Assembly (NCBI GenBank): GCA_036172245.1
Contig: JAYWIR010000026.1
Coordinates: 1,922,001-1,986,000, forward strand
DNA length: 64,000 bases
Direction: 5' to 3'
Source: Raillietiella orientalis
Taxonomy: Eukaryota
Position numbers and translations under genes: made by a program. Below the pieces are notes generated by a model. It had not been told where the DNA came from. It saw nothing but the letters and a program-made list of their open reading frames with translations, and ran no database searches. Each line of letters opens with the position of its first letter. Position 1 is the stretch's first letter. Shown here piece by piece: positions 1 to 12,829 of this stretch.

Positions 1-849
1 TCGCCTCCACAACCGGGATCAGATGGCATGCGTTTTCCCTTTCCTTCTCCCTCTTCCTCCTCCTCTTCCTCCTGCCTCCCGCAACCTACAGCTTCCGGGC
101 GAAAAACCAGGGCTAGGGTGGTCCCGCCTTCCCATTCCTCCTCCTTTCCTTTGCTCCTTCCCGTTTTCCCCTCTCCCGTTGCGCCCCATGAAGAAGAGTT
201 TCCCCGTCCTGTCCCGCTCCCGATCCGGACGGATCCCGCGTTTATGAGTCCCACTCATGCAATGGCCTCCATCCCACCTCTTTCCTATCTTCGGAGGCTC
301 CCGCGAGGACTCTCTGCGAGCCTCTCGCCCTCCTCCTCCTTTCATCCGGCTGATGAGTGGCTCCGGGCTTCCAGAGGACTTTCGAGCACCCGGGAGGAGC
401 GTCCGCTCACGCGACCGTCCGATAATGCCGCCGGGAGCGCGCCGGGAAGGCTTCTTACTCAAAGGGAGTAGAAGGAGCGGCAAGCACCTGTTCCGGCATC
501 AAGCGGGGGAGGGGAGGGAAAGAGGGGGGAAGGAAGAAAGAGGGGGGATCCTCTGCAAGCAATACGTGATCGATTCGGGAACCGACGCCGTCCGGAATGG
601 AGGAGGAAGATCAGGGCGGAGATCCCCTGCGAAGGGGGAAAGATCACGCGATCCTTTGGGAGGGAAGGCGTCTCCCGCCATCTTGGATGAGGCCGGCCCC
701 CGGAGCTGCGTACGATCGATCGGCACCTTCGCGTTTTGGGCAGGAAGGGCCTTCGGCGTCGGGGAAGGAGGGGAGAAGAGGGGAGGAAGCTACTCGAGGG
801 GTGGAGGGACCCCTCGCCTGATTCCGGGGTGGAAGAGGGTGAGGGACGC

Positions 850-3800
850 CGGAAGCCTTCCGGACCTTATGGACCCTGGAGAAGGGGCAGTTCTCCCTGC
901 GAAAGAATGCACGTTCGACACCTGCGCCGACCTCAATCCCAGAATCCGCGGTCCATTTCCTTCCGCCTCATTGCTCGGGGTCTTTTGGTTGTAGGGGGAA
1001 AAGGAGCGGTCGGGAGACGTGGATCTCGGCGCGCAGCCCACGTGGACGGGACGGAGGAGACGCATGCGCTTTCCCTGCGGCGGACGGGAACGCCTCCCTG
1101 AGGACTCCGCTCCTGCTTCCTGCGGGTCCCAGCAGGGAGGACCCCGCGGCATGTCACGATCCTTCTGTGACAGGCCTCCTTCCACCCTTCTGCTTCGTGA
1201 GTGGCAGCAGAAACCGAAGCAGAAACCAGCAGCTCCCTTCCAATGGTCCATTTCCTTGGAAACCGTCCTTACCACCTCCGAAAATGAGCCGCCGGTTCCA
1301 GAACACTGCGGAACGTCTCTGAGGGTCACGCTGGCTGCTTAGCAGCGCACCTAGCAGTCTCCCGTCCCGCTAATCCACGCGGCGACCGGGAGCGGCTGGC
1401 TGTGAAGAGGAGTAGAGATTCCCGTCTCCCCTCCGGGCCACAAGTTCCCGATAAGCGGCGCCGGGAACCGCGTCCCGACATGTCGAGATCTCATTCCAGG
1501 ATCACAGTCGGCGCATGCGAGAGACGGAAGCTGCGAGTTCCGTTGGCATTGGAAAAGTGGGAACCTGGAGTTACCTAGAGGGGAATCCCCTCCTCCCTCC
1601 CCAGATGTCTTTGGAAGACGGATGTGCCGTGCAGGAGGTCGTCCAGAGACGGCAGCGCGCGTCTTCCGCGCTGGCGCGACGGCGCCTCAAGGGGTAATGT
1701 GACGCTCCCCCTCAATCTTGCACGCGCGCGTGGCTTACGAGCGCGCAGCTGCTGTCGCCGCCGCGTAAAAGACACCGACAAAGAGAAGGAGGAGGTGGAG
1801 GAAGAGTTTCCCTCGACATCGCCACCATTCCTCCCCTTCCCCTGGGACAGCTTCCGGGATCTGCTAATGCAACTGGCAGAGCAGTCCCTCCTCCGGCAGG
1901 AAATCTCTATGCCGAAGAAAACTCTCCTCTGCGTCTGGACCAAGGGAGTTCTCTTCCTTCCTCATCCGAATCTGCGGCGTGGTGCGAGTGCCGTCTTGCT
2001 CCCTCTCTCCCTCCCCTTGCACTCGGGTTCCGACCCTTCCAGAAAAGTTCCTTCCTTCCAGTAGGGCGCTCACAGGAGCACACCACGCAGCGATCCGAGC
2101 CCCGAAGATCTCCCGCGAGGCTTCCCTCCGCTGGCTGTCCTTATGGAGGAAGAAGCAGGAAGACTGGGATGAAGACGGTTTTTGCGACCAGAGGAAGCAC
2201 CAAAAAGGCGACGCATCTGTGAATCCTCTCTCTCTTCTTGCGCGCGGAATCCATGGATGCTGAGTTCTATGGACCGCAACGCCGGATCTCCCTAGGAGCG
2301 AGGTCGAGAGAAAGTGGGTCGAGCGGCCCTTCATGTGCGACAGGTGAGGACCTCCTCCCCTCCGGGAGTACGAATGCCCGATTAAAGGACGACCGCACCT
2401 CCGGGAACGCAGTCGGTACAGCCTCGGACGCGCACGCCAGGGGAATCGGCCAGGAGCAGTGCGGGAAAGGGTCCGGCGGGGAGCAAGTCGCAGGAGAACA
2501 CTGCGTCGCCATCTCCCCCCCTCCTCTGATACCCTCATGACCTCGCTGCTTGTCTCACCTCCGAGGCAGGAGACAACCGAAATTTGCGAACGGCCGGAAG
2601 AGCTACGGATCGCCGGCGCAGGAGTCGGCGAAAGGCAGAGTGAGCCGAAGAGGCGGACAACTCCACTGGGCGTCTCCCGATAGGAGGAGGAGGAAGAGGA
2701 AGAGGAGGGGGGAGTTCAGCTCTCATAGCCGTGATGCGGCTGACTGCATAGAACAACCAGACCTACAGGAACGCCGTGGAGGCTGCTGCTCTGGGACGGC
2801 GGAATCGCGCGACCCCCCGCCGTCGTCGGGACCCACGGCGCAGTTTGCCTGGGGACGAAATGGTCATCCTCCCTCTTCCAGATGATTCTGGTCAACTCGT
2901 AGACCGGCGGGATGGGAGACCAGCGAGAGCGCAGCTAGGCCAACTACGTCCTGATCGGTGCTGGCGGCGGCTACCTGTCCGTGGTGTTCTGCGCGAAGAA
3001 GAGTCCGTTAAGAGCTCTTCCGCATCCTTTCGCCCTCTTCCCACAGTCATCAGGAAGGTAACGCCTGGCTGGATCACAGCAAGCTGGGGGAGAAATCCTT
3101 CAGGGAACGGGTTTTCATTCCTCCTTTTTCTTTTTTGAGGAGGAAGGAGGAGATCGAAAGCGAAACAAACCCAAGGGCTTGGTGCTCGGGACGGCATGTC
3201 GAGCGCCGCCCTCGAAGACGCGCATCCTGGAGGCGACTGAAAAGGGATTAGCATAGGAGCCGCGGGCGGCGTCGCGAGAGCATCCTCTGGCATCCCGTGA
3301 CCCTTCGGGAAAAAGCTCTAGTGCGCCGCGCCTCCTGCACCGCGCGCTGTGGGTATCCTTCCTGTTCCCGCGTTTCGCAGAGCGCAAGCGCTGGCGGTTG
3401 TGTCACGCTCTCAGTGACGTGTGACGTGTTTTTCTCTCACTCGGGCATGAACTCCACGCCCTCCTCTCGGGGGATGTGCCGGAGTTCTTGAGGCTGGTCG
3501 ACAGTCCACTCTGACTTCCTGAGATATCAAGTTGCTTCCTGTCTGTCACGGTGGTATCCTGGAAACGCCAGAAACTGGGGCTCCGCGGAAGGGTTCTTTT
3601 CCACTTTCCGCTAAGCGGGATCCTTGGGGAAGTCGGGACACGTTCGACCTTGGAAGGGGGGAACGCTAGACTTCCCTCCTTCTCAGGCCGGTTTTCACGA
3701 GAGATGTTAAACCCTCTCTGATCTTCTTTCGAGGAGAAGAAATCACGCACGAAGGTGCGTGTGGTCACTCGGCGGGTCTTCATCTGCTGATTGACATGAG

Positions 3801-4960
3801 GAAATCGAGGCTGCGTCTGTCTTCTGTGCTTCCAATTCTTAGTCGGGAGAGATGGAGATGCCGTCGAGTTGCCTGGGAGTTTCGGCGCCCTGGCTACGCT
3901 TCCTCCAATGATGTTGCCAGCACCCTTTGAAACCTCCCTCAGTTGGCCTGGGGAAGACATGAAGGGACGTTTTGTCTCCCATGCAGGTCATGCTGCGTCA
4001 TCCCCATGAGTGCTCTCTCGTATCCATGGGAAAAGAATGCGACTTATTCTGCTGCGTGGAGAGGCGGTAGCCTGCCTTACTGCGAGAGGCTTCCTGGTCC
4101 ATCGCATCGCGGAGAGCAACGCCACCAGCTCACGAAGCCTCGCTTAGTGAACACGCTCAAGGCCCGCCAAGCTGCAAGAACTTGCAATTCCTCAAGGGAA
4201 TTTCGGGATCCCAGCATTCCCGATCGACACCACCCTCATTGTTCTTCTGCGTTCCCAGAAAAACTGCCATCTTGCTGGTGGTGCACCAGGGTCTTCAGGC
4301 GAAGAACCTCAGCACGCCTCTGCCGACGAAATGCGACCATTGCAGAGGCGTGGGAAACCCTCCTTCACGTGCTTCCAGGCTGCTCCAGGATGCGACAGGG
4401 CTGGACTCTCCATTCTAGGACAGCCCAAGTCTCCAACGATGCTCCCCGCTGCTGCTGCTAAGAAGAACACTGGTCTCTCCTGACCTGCCAGTTGTCCCCT
4501 CGCTAAGCACCTGTTTCCACCTGGGAGAAATGGCCGTCTTCAAGATGTATGGAAGATGTAGCTGCTATCCGAAGGAGCGTTTCATCGGTCCCATGCGGCG
4601 AAAATGGGAAGACTTGTCTGTAGCCATCACCGTGAGGGCGGTACATCTCATCTGCCACTCATTTGTCAGTCAGTCTTCATACCCTCCCCCATCCACACGC
4701 CGCCCCTTGAAAAAGAGGCCCTTAAACAGAGTCCCAGAGTGCTGGTCCCAGAGTTTCAAGCGCTTTCGTTTCGTGTGGGAGGATGCCTGGATGTTTTCTT
4801 CCTGGGTATTCGCTTGCTATGAAGTCATGCCTCTCCCTTGTGCTCCTTTGTGTGATGTGGGCGAAAGAACAGATGATAAAGAAAAAGGCATGTCCTGGAG
4901 CATCCGGGATGAAAATTTTTCTCCCGGTCACGCTAGGGAATTTTCTGCATAAAAATAAAC
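850..4960 (+). mobile_element. Decayed near-complete ORF2 and 3' UTR of an L1/Tx1-clade non-LTR retrotransposon (frameshifted, with stops)
   Basis: Collinear degenerate motifs across frames: SFQDH 1491-1505 (endonuclease SDH); RWHWKSG 1541-1561 (GxWKxN); WDSFRDLL at 1843; NNQTYRNAVEAAALG ~2752 (NxDYKILAK); YLSVV ~2971; WKRQKLGLRGRVL 3560-3598 (WxxRxLSxxGRVL); GNRGCVCL 3800-3823 (EGGxGLVCL); KCDHC...ETLLHVLPGC...W 4329-4405 (CCHC knuckle); A-rich runs at ~4875 and ~4950. Confidence 0.7.
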
Positions 4961-4999
4961 CAGTTGAGAACACTCTGGTTCCCAACGGAATACACAATA

Positions 5000-6070
5000 A
5001 GTTCAGGGGGAGGTCCACTGGCAAGCAGGTTGGGAAATCCGAAACTCTGGAACGGAAGGGAGAGGAGGAAGGGGGATGACAAAAAAAAAATGCGGAAATC
5101 CTGGAGGATGGGACAAGGGTCTTAGGTTCGTTCTATAAACACCGGGAAGAATACACAAAATCCAGGAAGGCATGAAGCGAAAAGGAGTGAGGGATGAAAA
5201 AAAAAACAATGAAGAAAGGTTGGAAATAAGGGTCACCGGTGTCCGCCTTTCCTTCATTTCAGAACCGGCGCCAGATGCCAGCGATCTCCTCCTTCACTTC
5301 TTGCAGGTGAGGCCACCTTGCAGCCGTCCTCATGTGGGCTCCTGACATCCCGGTGGTCTCCCTTCGCTAAGTCGTCGTCTCCAGCACGTGACCATGGGAG
5401 TCCACGAAGGTTCTCCCGCTGCGAAGAACCGTCGCAGCAGGTCGCGAGCGGGGTGTCCTCCTGGTGCAGGCGCGCTGAACCGAGCCTCCGCCACAGTTCC
5501 CAGAGGGCACCGAAATACAAAGGCAGGTTTGGCGGGTGCACAGACCTGCATCAGGAACCGCAGTTCGGGGATTCAACCCCTGCGGAAACGAGGATGCTCT
5601 GGATCCCTAGTGGAGCCAGAGCAGCACAGCCTGCTTCCAGGAGATCGGGAACGCAGAAGAGTCCAGACACCGGGGAGGGGCCGCAGGTTCCTCGGAGGTC
5701 AAGGCTCGGGGGTTGACTCCACCGAAGGAGTCCCGTGTCCAAAGTACGCGGAGTGGCAGCATCCACCAGCTCGCGCGTCTTCCAGCCGCCAAGGGTCTTT
5801 TTCTTTGTTTTCCCTGCGATGGTGCAGGACGAAAACTGTCACCAGGTCAGTTGGCAGCTGTCGTCGCTTGCCCTCATGGCAGACCGATCTGTCAAAGGGG
5901 TGTGGCGTCCAGGGTCAATCATTCTGCTGTGTTCCGCATCACCACTTCTAAAGGTCGTGGTGGCAAGTGACTCAGGGGGCAGAGATCTTCCGGGAGCATT
6001 CCTGAAATGCAGTTCAGGACTCAACAGCCTCCTGCTGCCTGGCGTCGAAGTTCATTGGGTGGCAGGAGAT
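5000..6070 (-). mobile_element. 3' fragment of a Tx1/L1-like LINE (C-terminal zinc-knuckle region and T-rich 3' UTR)
   Basis: Minus-strand GWKTRELVDAATP, SAFPISWKQAVLLWLH, SPNCGS and LYFGALWELWRRL align in order with the 8.3-9.2 kb and 13.1-13.9 kb copies. Shared DNA blocks include ccgaactg, gcctcacctg and cggtga(t)ccctt. Confidence 0.7.
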
Positions 6071-6849
6071 CCATGACTGGGTTTCCACCGATGAAGGGGG
6101 GGGGGGGCGAGTTGCCTCAGGGGGAAGCCAAACTCCCGGCACCCGCCTGTAGCGGGTGCTTGGCAGCAGCGGGAGCAGCAGTCCTTCGCTGCCGGCGCGT
6201 CTCCGAAGGATGAGGTACGCAGGCGCACGGAACGGAAAAGTCCGCGGCCCGGCACGGAGCGCCAGCAGTCGAAACTCCACTCGCAGTTCGATTTTCTCTC
6301 TGCGTCTGGACGCGCCTCGGCCGGCATCCCCACGCGGAGCCTCCAAGTCTTTGAGGCGGACGAGAAGGTGAGGCACGGATCCGGAAAGAAGCAGGAGTGG
6401 AGATGTGGCCAAGGGAGGGAGGACTCATTCGCCGCCGCGGCCTCCTCAAAGCGAGGCTCCCGGTAGCCGAATACGCGGGGGGGAGGCGCAGCCTTGGAGC
6501 CGCGAGAAAGGGAGTAAGTCGAACTGGGCTGTCGCCCTGGACACGGCGTTTGGAGGAAGGGAGGAAGGAGGAGGAACCTTGGCGCGACGGAAATCTGCAC
6601 CTGAGGGTCTCTCGGGAACGAGGAACTGCATCTCCGCCGATGAGGAGGATGCGGCTTCCACCCGGTGTGGGAGACTCCAAAGCGGAGTGCGGGCGCGGAG
6701 GGATGACTTCCCGAAGACATCTTCGGGAAGTTATCCTCTTCCTAGGATCCGGCGCTCTTTCGCCTCCAGGGTTCGACACGTTCGAGAGTCGTCATGGGAA
6801 CCAGGGGAGGAAGCGGGCGTTTCCGTAGGCGCCGACGGAGAAAAAAGCA

Positions 6850-6891
6850 AGCGAATGGTGCTGGGCGACCCCTCGCCCAGCACCATTCGCT
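6850..6891. repeat. Perfect inverted repeat, 19-bp arms, 4-nt loop
   Basis: agcgaatggtgctgggcga-cccc-tcgcccagcaccattcgct; arms are exact reverse complements. Confidence 0.97.
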
Positions 6892-6989
6892 GGGAGACCG
6901 GAAGAGGCTAGCGTTCTTATTCGCGCCTCTAGGTGTCGTCAGGGACTTGGAGTGCTCCCCGATGAGGGTCCAGATCGGTTGCTCCCGCC

Positions 6990-8170
6990 CCTGCGGCGCG
7001 GTCCAGGAGAGCATGCGGGAGGATTTCGTACGCTCCTGTAACGGACCCATTCTGCGGGCGTGCCAAAGTGCTTCTCTTGAAGAGAGGCGCCAGTGCAGCA
7101 AGGTGGCGGCGCTCCGGGAGCGCAGAAGAAGCACCACGTGGTTTCCCGCAAGGGACGTGACGTCACGAGGGATGCTCTGAATGAGCGGCGGCGGCTCCTT
7201 GCGGGGGTCGCCCAGCATTCCCACGACAACGTCTCAAGAGTGCCTGAAGCCCGCGGTCAGGGCAGTCTCTTCCTGAAGCCAAGCTACTCTCTCGTGCGCG
7301 AGGAGACTTCACATGGAACTGGGACTGCCTTCCCGGCAGCTTCTCGTCGAAACATCCGAAACGTCCAGCTTCTCCCTGCTTCATCTCCAAGCATTGCTCC
7401 CCGAAGGCCGTAAGCTGTCCTCCGCTCCCGCATTCCCTTCCCGGAGTTCCCCCAGGAACTTCCCTTCGAATTCCCATCCCCTCTGCTCCGTCCCATCTGT
7501 GGAAACTTTTCCTCCATCATCTCCCTCCTCTCCCTTTCCATCCCAGGCTCCGGTCCGAGAGGGTCTTCCGGCTAATTGGATTTGTGGAACGGAAGGAACG
7601 GTCCGGTCCAGGACGCCGAGGCGCTCATGCACCTTCCTCCGGTGCGCGCCGAGCACGGCGGCCAGGAGTTTCCAAGCAACACTGCGGCCGCGGGAGCGGT
7701 GCGACTCTCGGCAGCAGCTGGAGGGGACTAAGCGAGGCAGGCGGAATAGGGCTCCGCGTCGTCTTGAGAGTTTCGTGGCGCCGCTGCCGCCGCCGCTCCG
7801 TCACAGTGCTTTTATCTTCTTGCAGACGTCGCTGCGGGTCTCGAGGGCCCTCCGCGCATGATTGATGGTTCTCTCCCAAAGCAGGAACGAGGGGAGTCCG
7901 GAACGGTATCTCCCAGGCGTCCCCGATAACAAGGGTATAAAGGACCCTTCCGCCCACCTGTTTCGGGATCCCTCGCGAAACAATGAGGAGGTACTTTCAC
8001 CCTGCCATCTCCGCGCAGGCAATCCCGGGAATGGCGTCCCGCGATTACGACCGGGGCAAAACTTTTTATCAGCAACGAGGAAATCCCTGGTTCTGATGGT
8101 GGGGGGAGCGCCTCCCCTATCCTCGTCCCTGCGTGCGGCGGCAAGCATGCTTTTCATCCCGGTATGGAGT
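6990..8170 (+). mobile_element. Decayed LINE ORF2 5' part (endonuclease and start of RT), internally deleted
   Basis: KVAALRE ~7100 (DVxxLQE); AGVAQ ~7201 (GVAIL); RRLESFV ~7756 (SRLD); LRHSAF ~7795 (SDH); NEEVLS...PGNGVP 7982-8041 (EEV...PGxDG); LSSSLRAAASMLFIP 8117-8161 (LPxSxRxAxIxLIP). Confidence 0.5.
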
Positions 8171-8329
8171 TTGAGTTGAAGAACGTGCTTAAGGAGGAGG
8201 AGACGGACCCCGCGCGCAGGAACGGCAAAGTCGGAGACGCAGCGGTACCACCACTGAGAAGTAAAGGAGGAGGAGGAGGAGGAAGGGAATACGAAGGTGG
8301 GAGGAGGAGGAGGACGACGAAGGGAGGAG

Positions 8330-9200
8330 GTTCATTACCCGGTTACGCTGGGCCGTTTCATGCACGCAATAAACGTCCAAAAGGTAGTGAATGCAGGACG
8401 CTCGGTCGTTCCACGTCCAAAAGCACTGCCGAGATGCGCCGGTACGCGGACCGGAGAGGTCCCCCGAGGCAGCAGAGGGAATGAGGGGGTAGGGGGGGAA
8501 CGAACAAAAAGAAAACAAAATGAAAAATAAATAAATATTAAAAACTTGTGCTGGGAAGGTTCGGGAGAGATCACAGGCCGTCGTGTGGTGTCCTGTGCAC
8601 CTTCTGGAGGATGCCGGCGACTCCCATTCGGAAATCTCCAGATGGGCCATCCCCGTTGCGACCCGAAGGAAGCGAATCACGGAGGGAATGCGCTACCTGT
8701 CTCCCTGGCCTCCATCGGCAGCCTCGAGGACTCCGCCATCCCGCGTCGTCAGCAGCCAAATAGCTGCCTGACGACGCGGATGGCTGCAGTGCATCGCGCA
8801 CGACGGGGCTCTTCATTATGTCCCTGGGGTTGCCCACGGGGGTCCGGGGAGCCGTGGCAACACGTTCCCAGACGGGTCGGAAGGCAACACATTTCACAAG
8901 CAGGTGAGGAAAAGACTCGATTGCCCCGCACTTCTGCACCGTTTGGGCCCGCACTTCCCTCTCATCAGTAACGCCAGCAGGCGTTGCATAGGAGACCCCG
9001 GCGCCGAATCCTGTTACCTTAGGGGAAGGGTGGGGCTGCCCATTGTTATCGCTGGCTGCCGCAGATCTTCCAGAGAACAATGTCCAGCAAACTGTGTTCG
9101 GCGAAGCAGTCTTCTTGGTGGAGCACTCGGGGTCGCAGCATCCGTCAATTGACGTGTGGACCACCCAACAAGAGAAGTCTCACCGTCGCAGCAGTTCCGC
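8330..9200 (-). mobile_element. 3' fragment of a Tx1/L1-like LINE (zinc knuckle and 3' UTR)
   Basis: Minus-strand GWSTRQLTDAATPS and KCGAIESFPHLLVKCVAFRPVWERV (CxxC-E-H-C-W). Clear DNA homology over ~800 bp to 13080-13915, e.g. gtgaaatgtgttgccttccgacc vs gtgaactatgttgcccttcggcc, and ggcaaccccaggga in both. Confidence 0.85.
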
Positions 9201-9299
9201 AGGAGACGTCCCACCTCGCCGGTAGGCCACCGCTGCTTGCCTCCCTTGGGGAGGGGGCAGCTATTTAGAGGAGAAGGGAGCGGAAGAGGGAGAAGGAGG

Positions 9300-11100
9300 A
9301 GAAAACGCCGCAGGCGAGTTTTCACGAAAGCCCCGGTGGCGGCGGTGGCGCCTTTGCAGGAGCGCCGATTCCTTTCGAGCCACCACTGGACAACCCGCTG
9401 GCGCAGCGTAAACAGCGAAAGCTCACCCAGAGTCTGTGGCTGACGAAGAAGCGCCGAGCTGTCCGAATGCCGGTCCATCGCGCCGCCCGTCCTCCTCCTC
9501 CGATGACTTCCCGATGTGGGACCTCCTGGGGCCCAGGAAGAGAATCGCCTCGTAGAAGAGCCGCACCCGTCCTCCTCTCCGTCGTGACTGCACGACCTCC
9601 AGCAGCAGCCCCCCATCCCCCTCCGGCGCTCCAGAAATTCTCCCTAGCAGCCAGCGGACGTCCTGGGATCCCTTTTCCGAAGAGCGCCGAATCCCGGCTT
9701 TCCCGTTCGCCTCCGAACGTGCGGGGAGCCAGGTATCTCTTTAGGCGCGAATTGCCGACGCCGCAGATCGCATCGCACGTTGGCGTCTTCTTCACCGTGC
9801 AACAGATGTTTTAATGATTTCTTCCTCTCTCCTCCCTCCCTCCCTTCTTCCGACTGCGCTCGCATTCTTCCAGGGATTTCCTTCATTAAGGCGGGATCGC
9901 CGACGCCTCTTCCAACCTCCAGATCCACTTGTCGCTTCCCCTCTTCCTTTCCTTGCCGGATCTAACAGTACAGGACGAGCCGTCCCTCGATCCATTCCCA
10001 GGGGAGTCCTCGCCGCCCGGCCGGTGCACCCCCATCCTCCCCTGTGCTCTCTCCTCGCCAGATCACGAAGCGAAGCAATCCGCTGCGTCAAAGAAAGGCG
10101 CGATTCTGGAACTAGGGAGGTTCTGGGAAGAGCAGGAAGAGGGTGGCGAGCGGAAAACTCCCGGGAAGTCATCGAGGTCTCTCGGAGCGCGCGACCGACC
10201 GGCGCCAAGAGGCGCTGCGATCGAGCGCCCTTTCTCCGGAGCTGACGTGAGCGAGCACTCGCTGGGAGGAGGCAATGCACCGCAGTGAGAAGAGCAGAGG
10301 GACGGCGCCAGATGCCCGCCTGAGAGGGCAGCAGCAACTGCAGTCACCACGGAGGGAAATCCGACGGGAAGAGGCGTCCGACGAGAGACCCGGACGTCGC
10401 TTCTCGCACGGACCGCACCTAGGGGGTTCCCGGAGGGAGGTCACGGCATACTCAAGGCTCGCGACGCGCGGTTGGAGCTTCGGGTGCCGACGTCCAGGAG
10501 CTTCCCGAGCCGCCGAGGGATGGAGGGAAGTCACGCGGGACTCGCGTGAAGCCGAGCGGGACCATCCCTGACGGTGGGGGAAGCCGCATTCCCGGAGTCC
10601 AGGCTCGGACTGCTGACGTGCATATCGGGAGAGGCAGAATTCCCTGATCGGTTGTCCTCCGCAGGTCATTCCGGGATCGTCGAGAGGGTTCCTCCGTCCT
10701 CGAGTCATCCCTCCAGGACATGGAGATTCTGCAGAATAGGAAGGGACGGCTGGCTCCAGAACCACGTTCGGTCCTGCTGCGTCATCCTCATCCCGACTGA
10801 AACCTGCATCCCTGTTGGAATACGTCTTCCTTTCTGCAGTCAGCAGACCAACTCACCACAGCAGCACGGAAACCGCGAGAGTGCCGCGGGGCAGTGCTGG
10901 AGGCTTCCGCGAGGTCAGCGCGCATGACCCCAGGGAGTTCCGCGCGCGACAGCAACAGCAGATTCGGCGCTGCAAGAGCTGGTATGAGGAAGCGGCAAGG
11001 CCGACGGCGGGTGATCATGGCAATAGCGAAGGGAGACCTCCGGAAGGAGAGACGCCAAGGGACGTTTCACCCGCGCCTCCCAGAAAGCCATCAGGGAATC
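9300..11100 (+). mobile_element. Heavily decayed LINE ORF2 (endonuclease to RT)
   Basis: VAPLQE ~9345; RPVHPHPPLCSLLARS ~10018 (RPISLL...LAK); EEASDER ~10368 (EKAFDR); ARTADVHI ~10603 (YADDV). Order is right but the matches are weak. Confidence 0.4.
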
Positions 11101-12199
11101 GTCCCGAGCTGCGAGTGAGCCGTCCTTTGAGTACGAACCGTCCCTGGAAGCTTCGAGTTGCCGTCGCTCCGGGAGAGGAAGTCAGGCAGTCGACCTCGGA
11201 AGCACCTTTGAGAGGTCCTAGCGGAGAAACTCGTCCTTTCACAAATCCCGGCTTGCATCGGCTGCCTCTGCTCTCTTTTATTTTCCTTTTTTTCTTGTCA
11301 CCCTCCTTCGGGCATTCGACAAAGATTCCGTGGGGGCCCGCGTGGACAGGCCGCTCGCCTTCCCGGACGAGCCATCAGGAACCGGTGGGTTTAGCCGGAG
11401 TCGCCTCGCCTTCCGGCGAGACGCCGCTCCTCGTCTCTTCGCGGGGAGCAGCCGCGTCCTCAGGAACTGGCTGGAGAAAGAGTCCTCTGAAACGAAGGAT
11501 GTTTTTTCGGGCGTTGCGCGATCAAATCCTTCAGGGAACAAGGGGTCCTCCTTCGTTGGCTCCGGGAAGAAACATCCGCGACGAGGAACCCGATCAGGCT
11601 GCGTCGGGGGTGAAAGGGGAGGCGCGCAGCTGCTCTGCTCCCTCCGCCAGAGGAGGAGGTTCCCAGCGCCCTCCGTCTCCAGTCGGCTCCGCCTCGATCG
11701 GGTGGCGCAGCGGAGGACTTCCTGGAACGCATCCCGACTGCAGGCTCCTTCCCTTCCCCGGTGGTTTCCCGCCTGCCTCCTACGCGTCGACTCTGCGTGG
11801 GGAGGGAGACGGAGGAGAGAGCAGCCTCGCCTGCTCCCGTTCCTCCCAGATACTCACCGCTTTCTCCCGACCGCTCCAGAGAGGGTGACCTCCCTGCCTC
11901 CGGAAGGGAGCAAGGAATTCACCGATCACACAGCCCACGCGCGCCTCGCCGGCCGCGAGCTGCCCCTCCGCCGCAGACTCGCAGACCGCAAATCATCCCC
12001 GGTCCGGACTGATCTCCGCGCTGAGGATGCTGAGCGATAAACAGCAATTCCCAAATCTCATTTCCTCAGAGCAATTTTTCCCTCCTCCTAGGCCGGGAAT
12101 CCACCGCTCGTTATTCCCGCGTTCCTTGACTTATTAAAAATCGAGCCGCCGCTTCCCGCCGCCTATCGCGCGCGCCGCCTGCCTCCCGTGCACGAAGGA

Positions 12200-12490
12200 A
12201 CAGGAAGGAGGAGGAGGAAGGAAGGAAGGAAGGAAGGAAGAAGGGCTGCGGAGATTTGCCCGCACGTGCGTCGTCTCTCCCTCCCTCCCCCCCCCCCCCG
12301 AAACTTCGCGCCCGCCGCCGGAACGCTCCTCACTTTCTGGAGAGAGAAGAGATGGAAAGGGGTGGGGCGGAAGGGGAAGGAGGGAGGGAAGGGAGGAAGA
12401 AGAAAAGGGGGGGGGGGGAGGAAACCCTCCCAGCCGTGAGCTCCGCAGCCAAACTTTCGCGGTTTTTTTTTTGTTGTTGTTGTTGCTTCT
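12200..12490. repeat. Low-complexity cluster: (GGAA)n, poly-C/poly-G, (TTG)n
   Basis: ggaaggaaggaagg... 12216-12240; C and G homopolymers; ttgttgttgttgttg 12471-12485. Confidence 0.9.
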
Positions 12491-12829
12491 CTTTCTGTAC
12501 CTCCGCACCAGCATCCGCCGCCGTGCCCGGCGCCAACTTCCTCCCCCGAGGAACTTCGCCCCCTCTCCCTTCCCGGGCGCTTATTGCTTTCTTCCTTCCG
12601 GAGCGGCGGCGGCTGCAGGGCCTCGCGTTCGGACAAGCGAATTTCCCCCCTCCCCTTTGTGCTCTCCAGGGGGCGCGCTCCCGGTATTCCCGCAGAGGAA
12701 CGAGACTTAAAAGTCCCCCACTCCCTTCCCCAAGCCCCACTGTCTGCTCGTCCCGGGAAAAATGGCCGCCGAGGCGCTTCCCCCTAAGGGTCGTGTCGGC
12801 GGCGCAGTCCTCGTGGGGGTCAAGAAGAG

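Noticed and set aside
2881..3000. Exon-like peptide NYVLIGAGGGYLSVVFC
   Set aside because: In-frame stops; better explained as the decayed KAFDRV...YL region of the 850-4960 relic.
3403..3960. Minus-strand ORF read as an endonuclease end (FWRFQD)
   Set aside because: The + strand gives stronger motifs (WKRQKLGLRGRVL, GNRGCVCL) collinear with the flanks.
4320..4420. Utopia/NeSL (RLE) assignment for the CRR...ETLLHVL..C motif
   Set aside because: No downstream RH or PD-D/ExK nuclease motif, and upstream motifs are APE-endonuclease, Tx1-like.
6850..6911. Helitron 3' end (hairpin plus CTAG)
   Set aside because: The hairpin is longer than typical, the spacing is off, and CTAG is not followed by T.
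10665..11115. AG/GT-bounded exon-like segments
   Set aside because: No coherent protein, and they overlap the putative RT relic.
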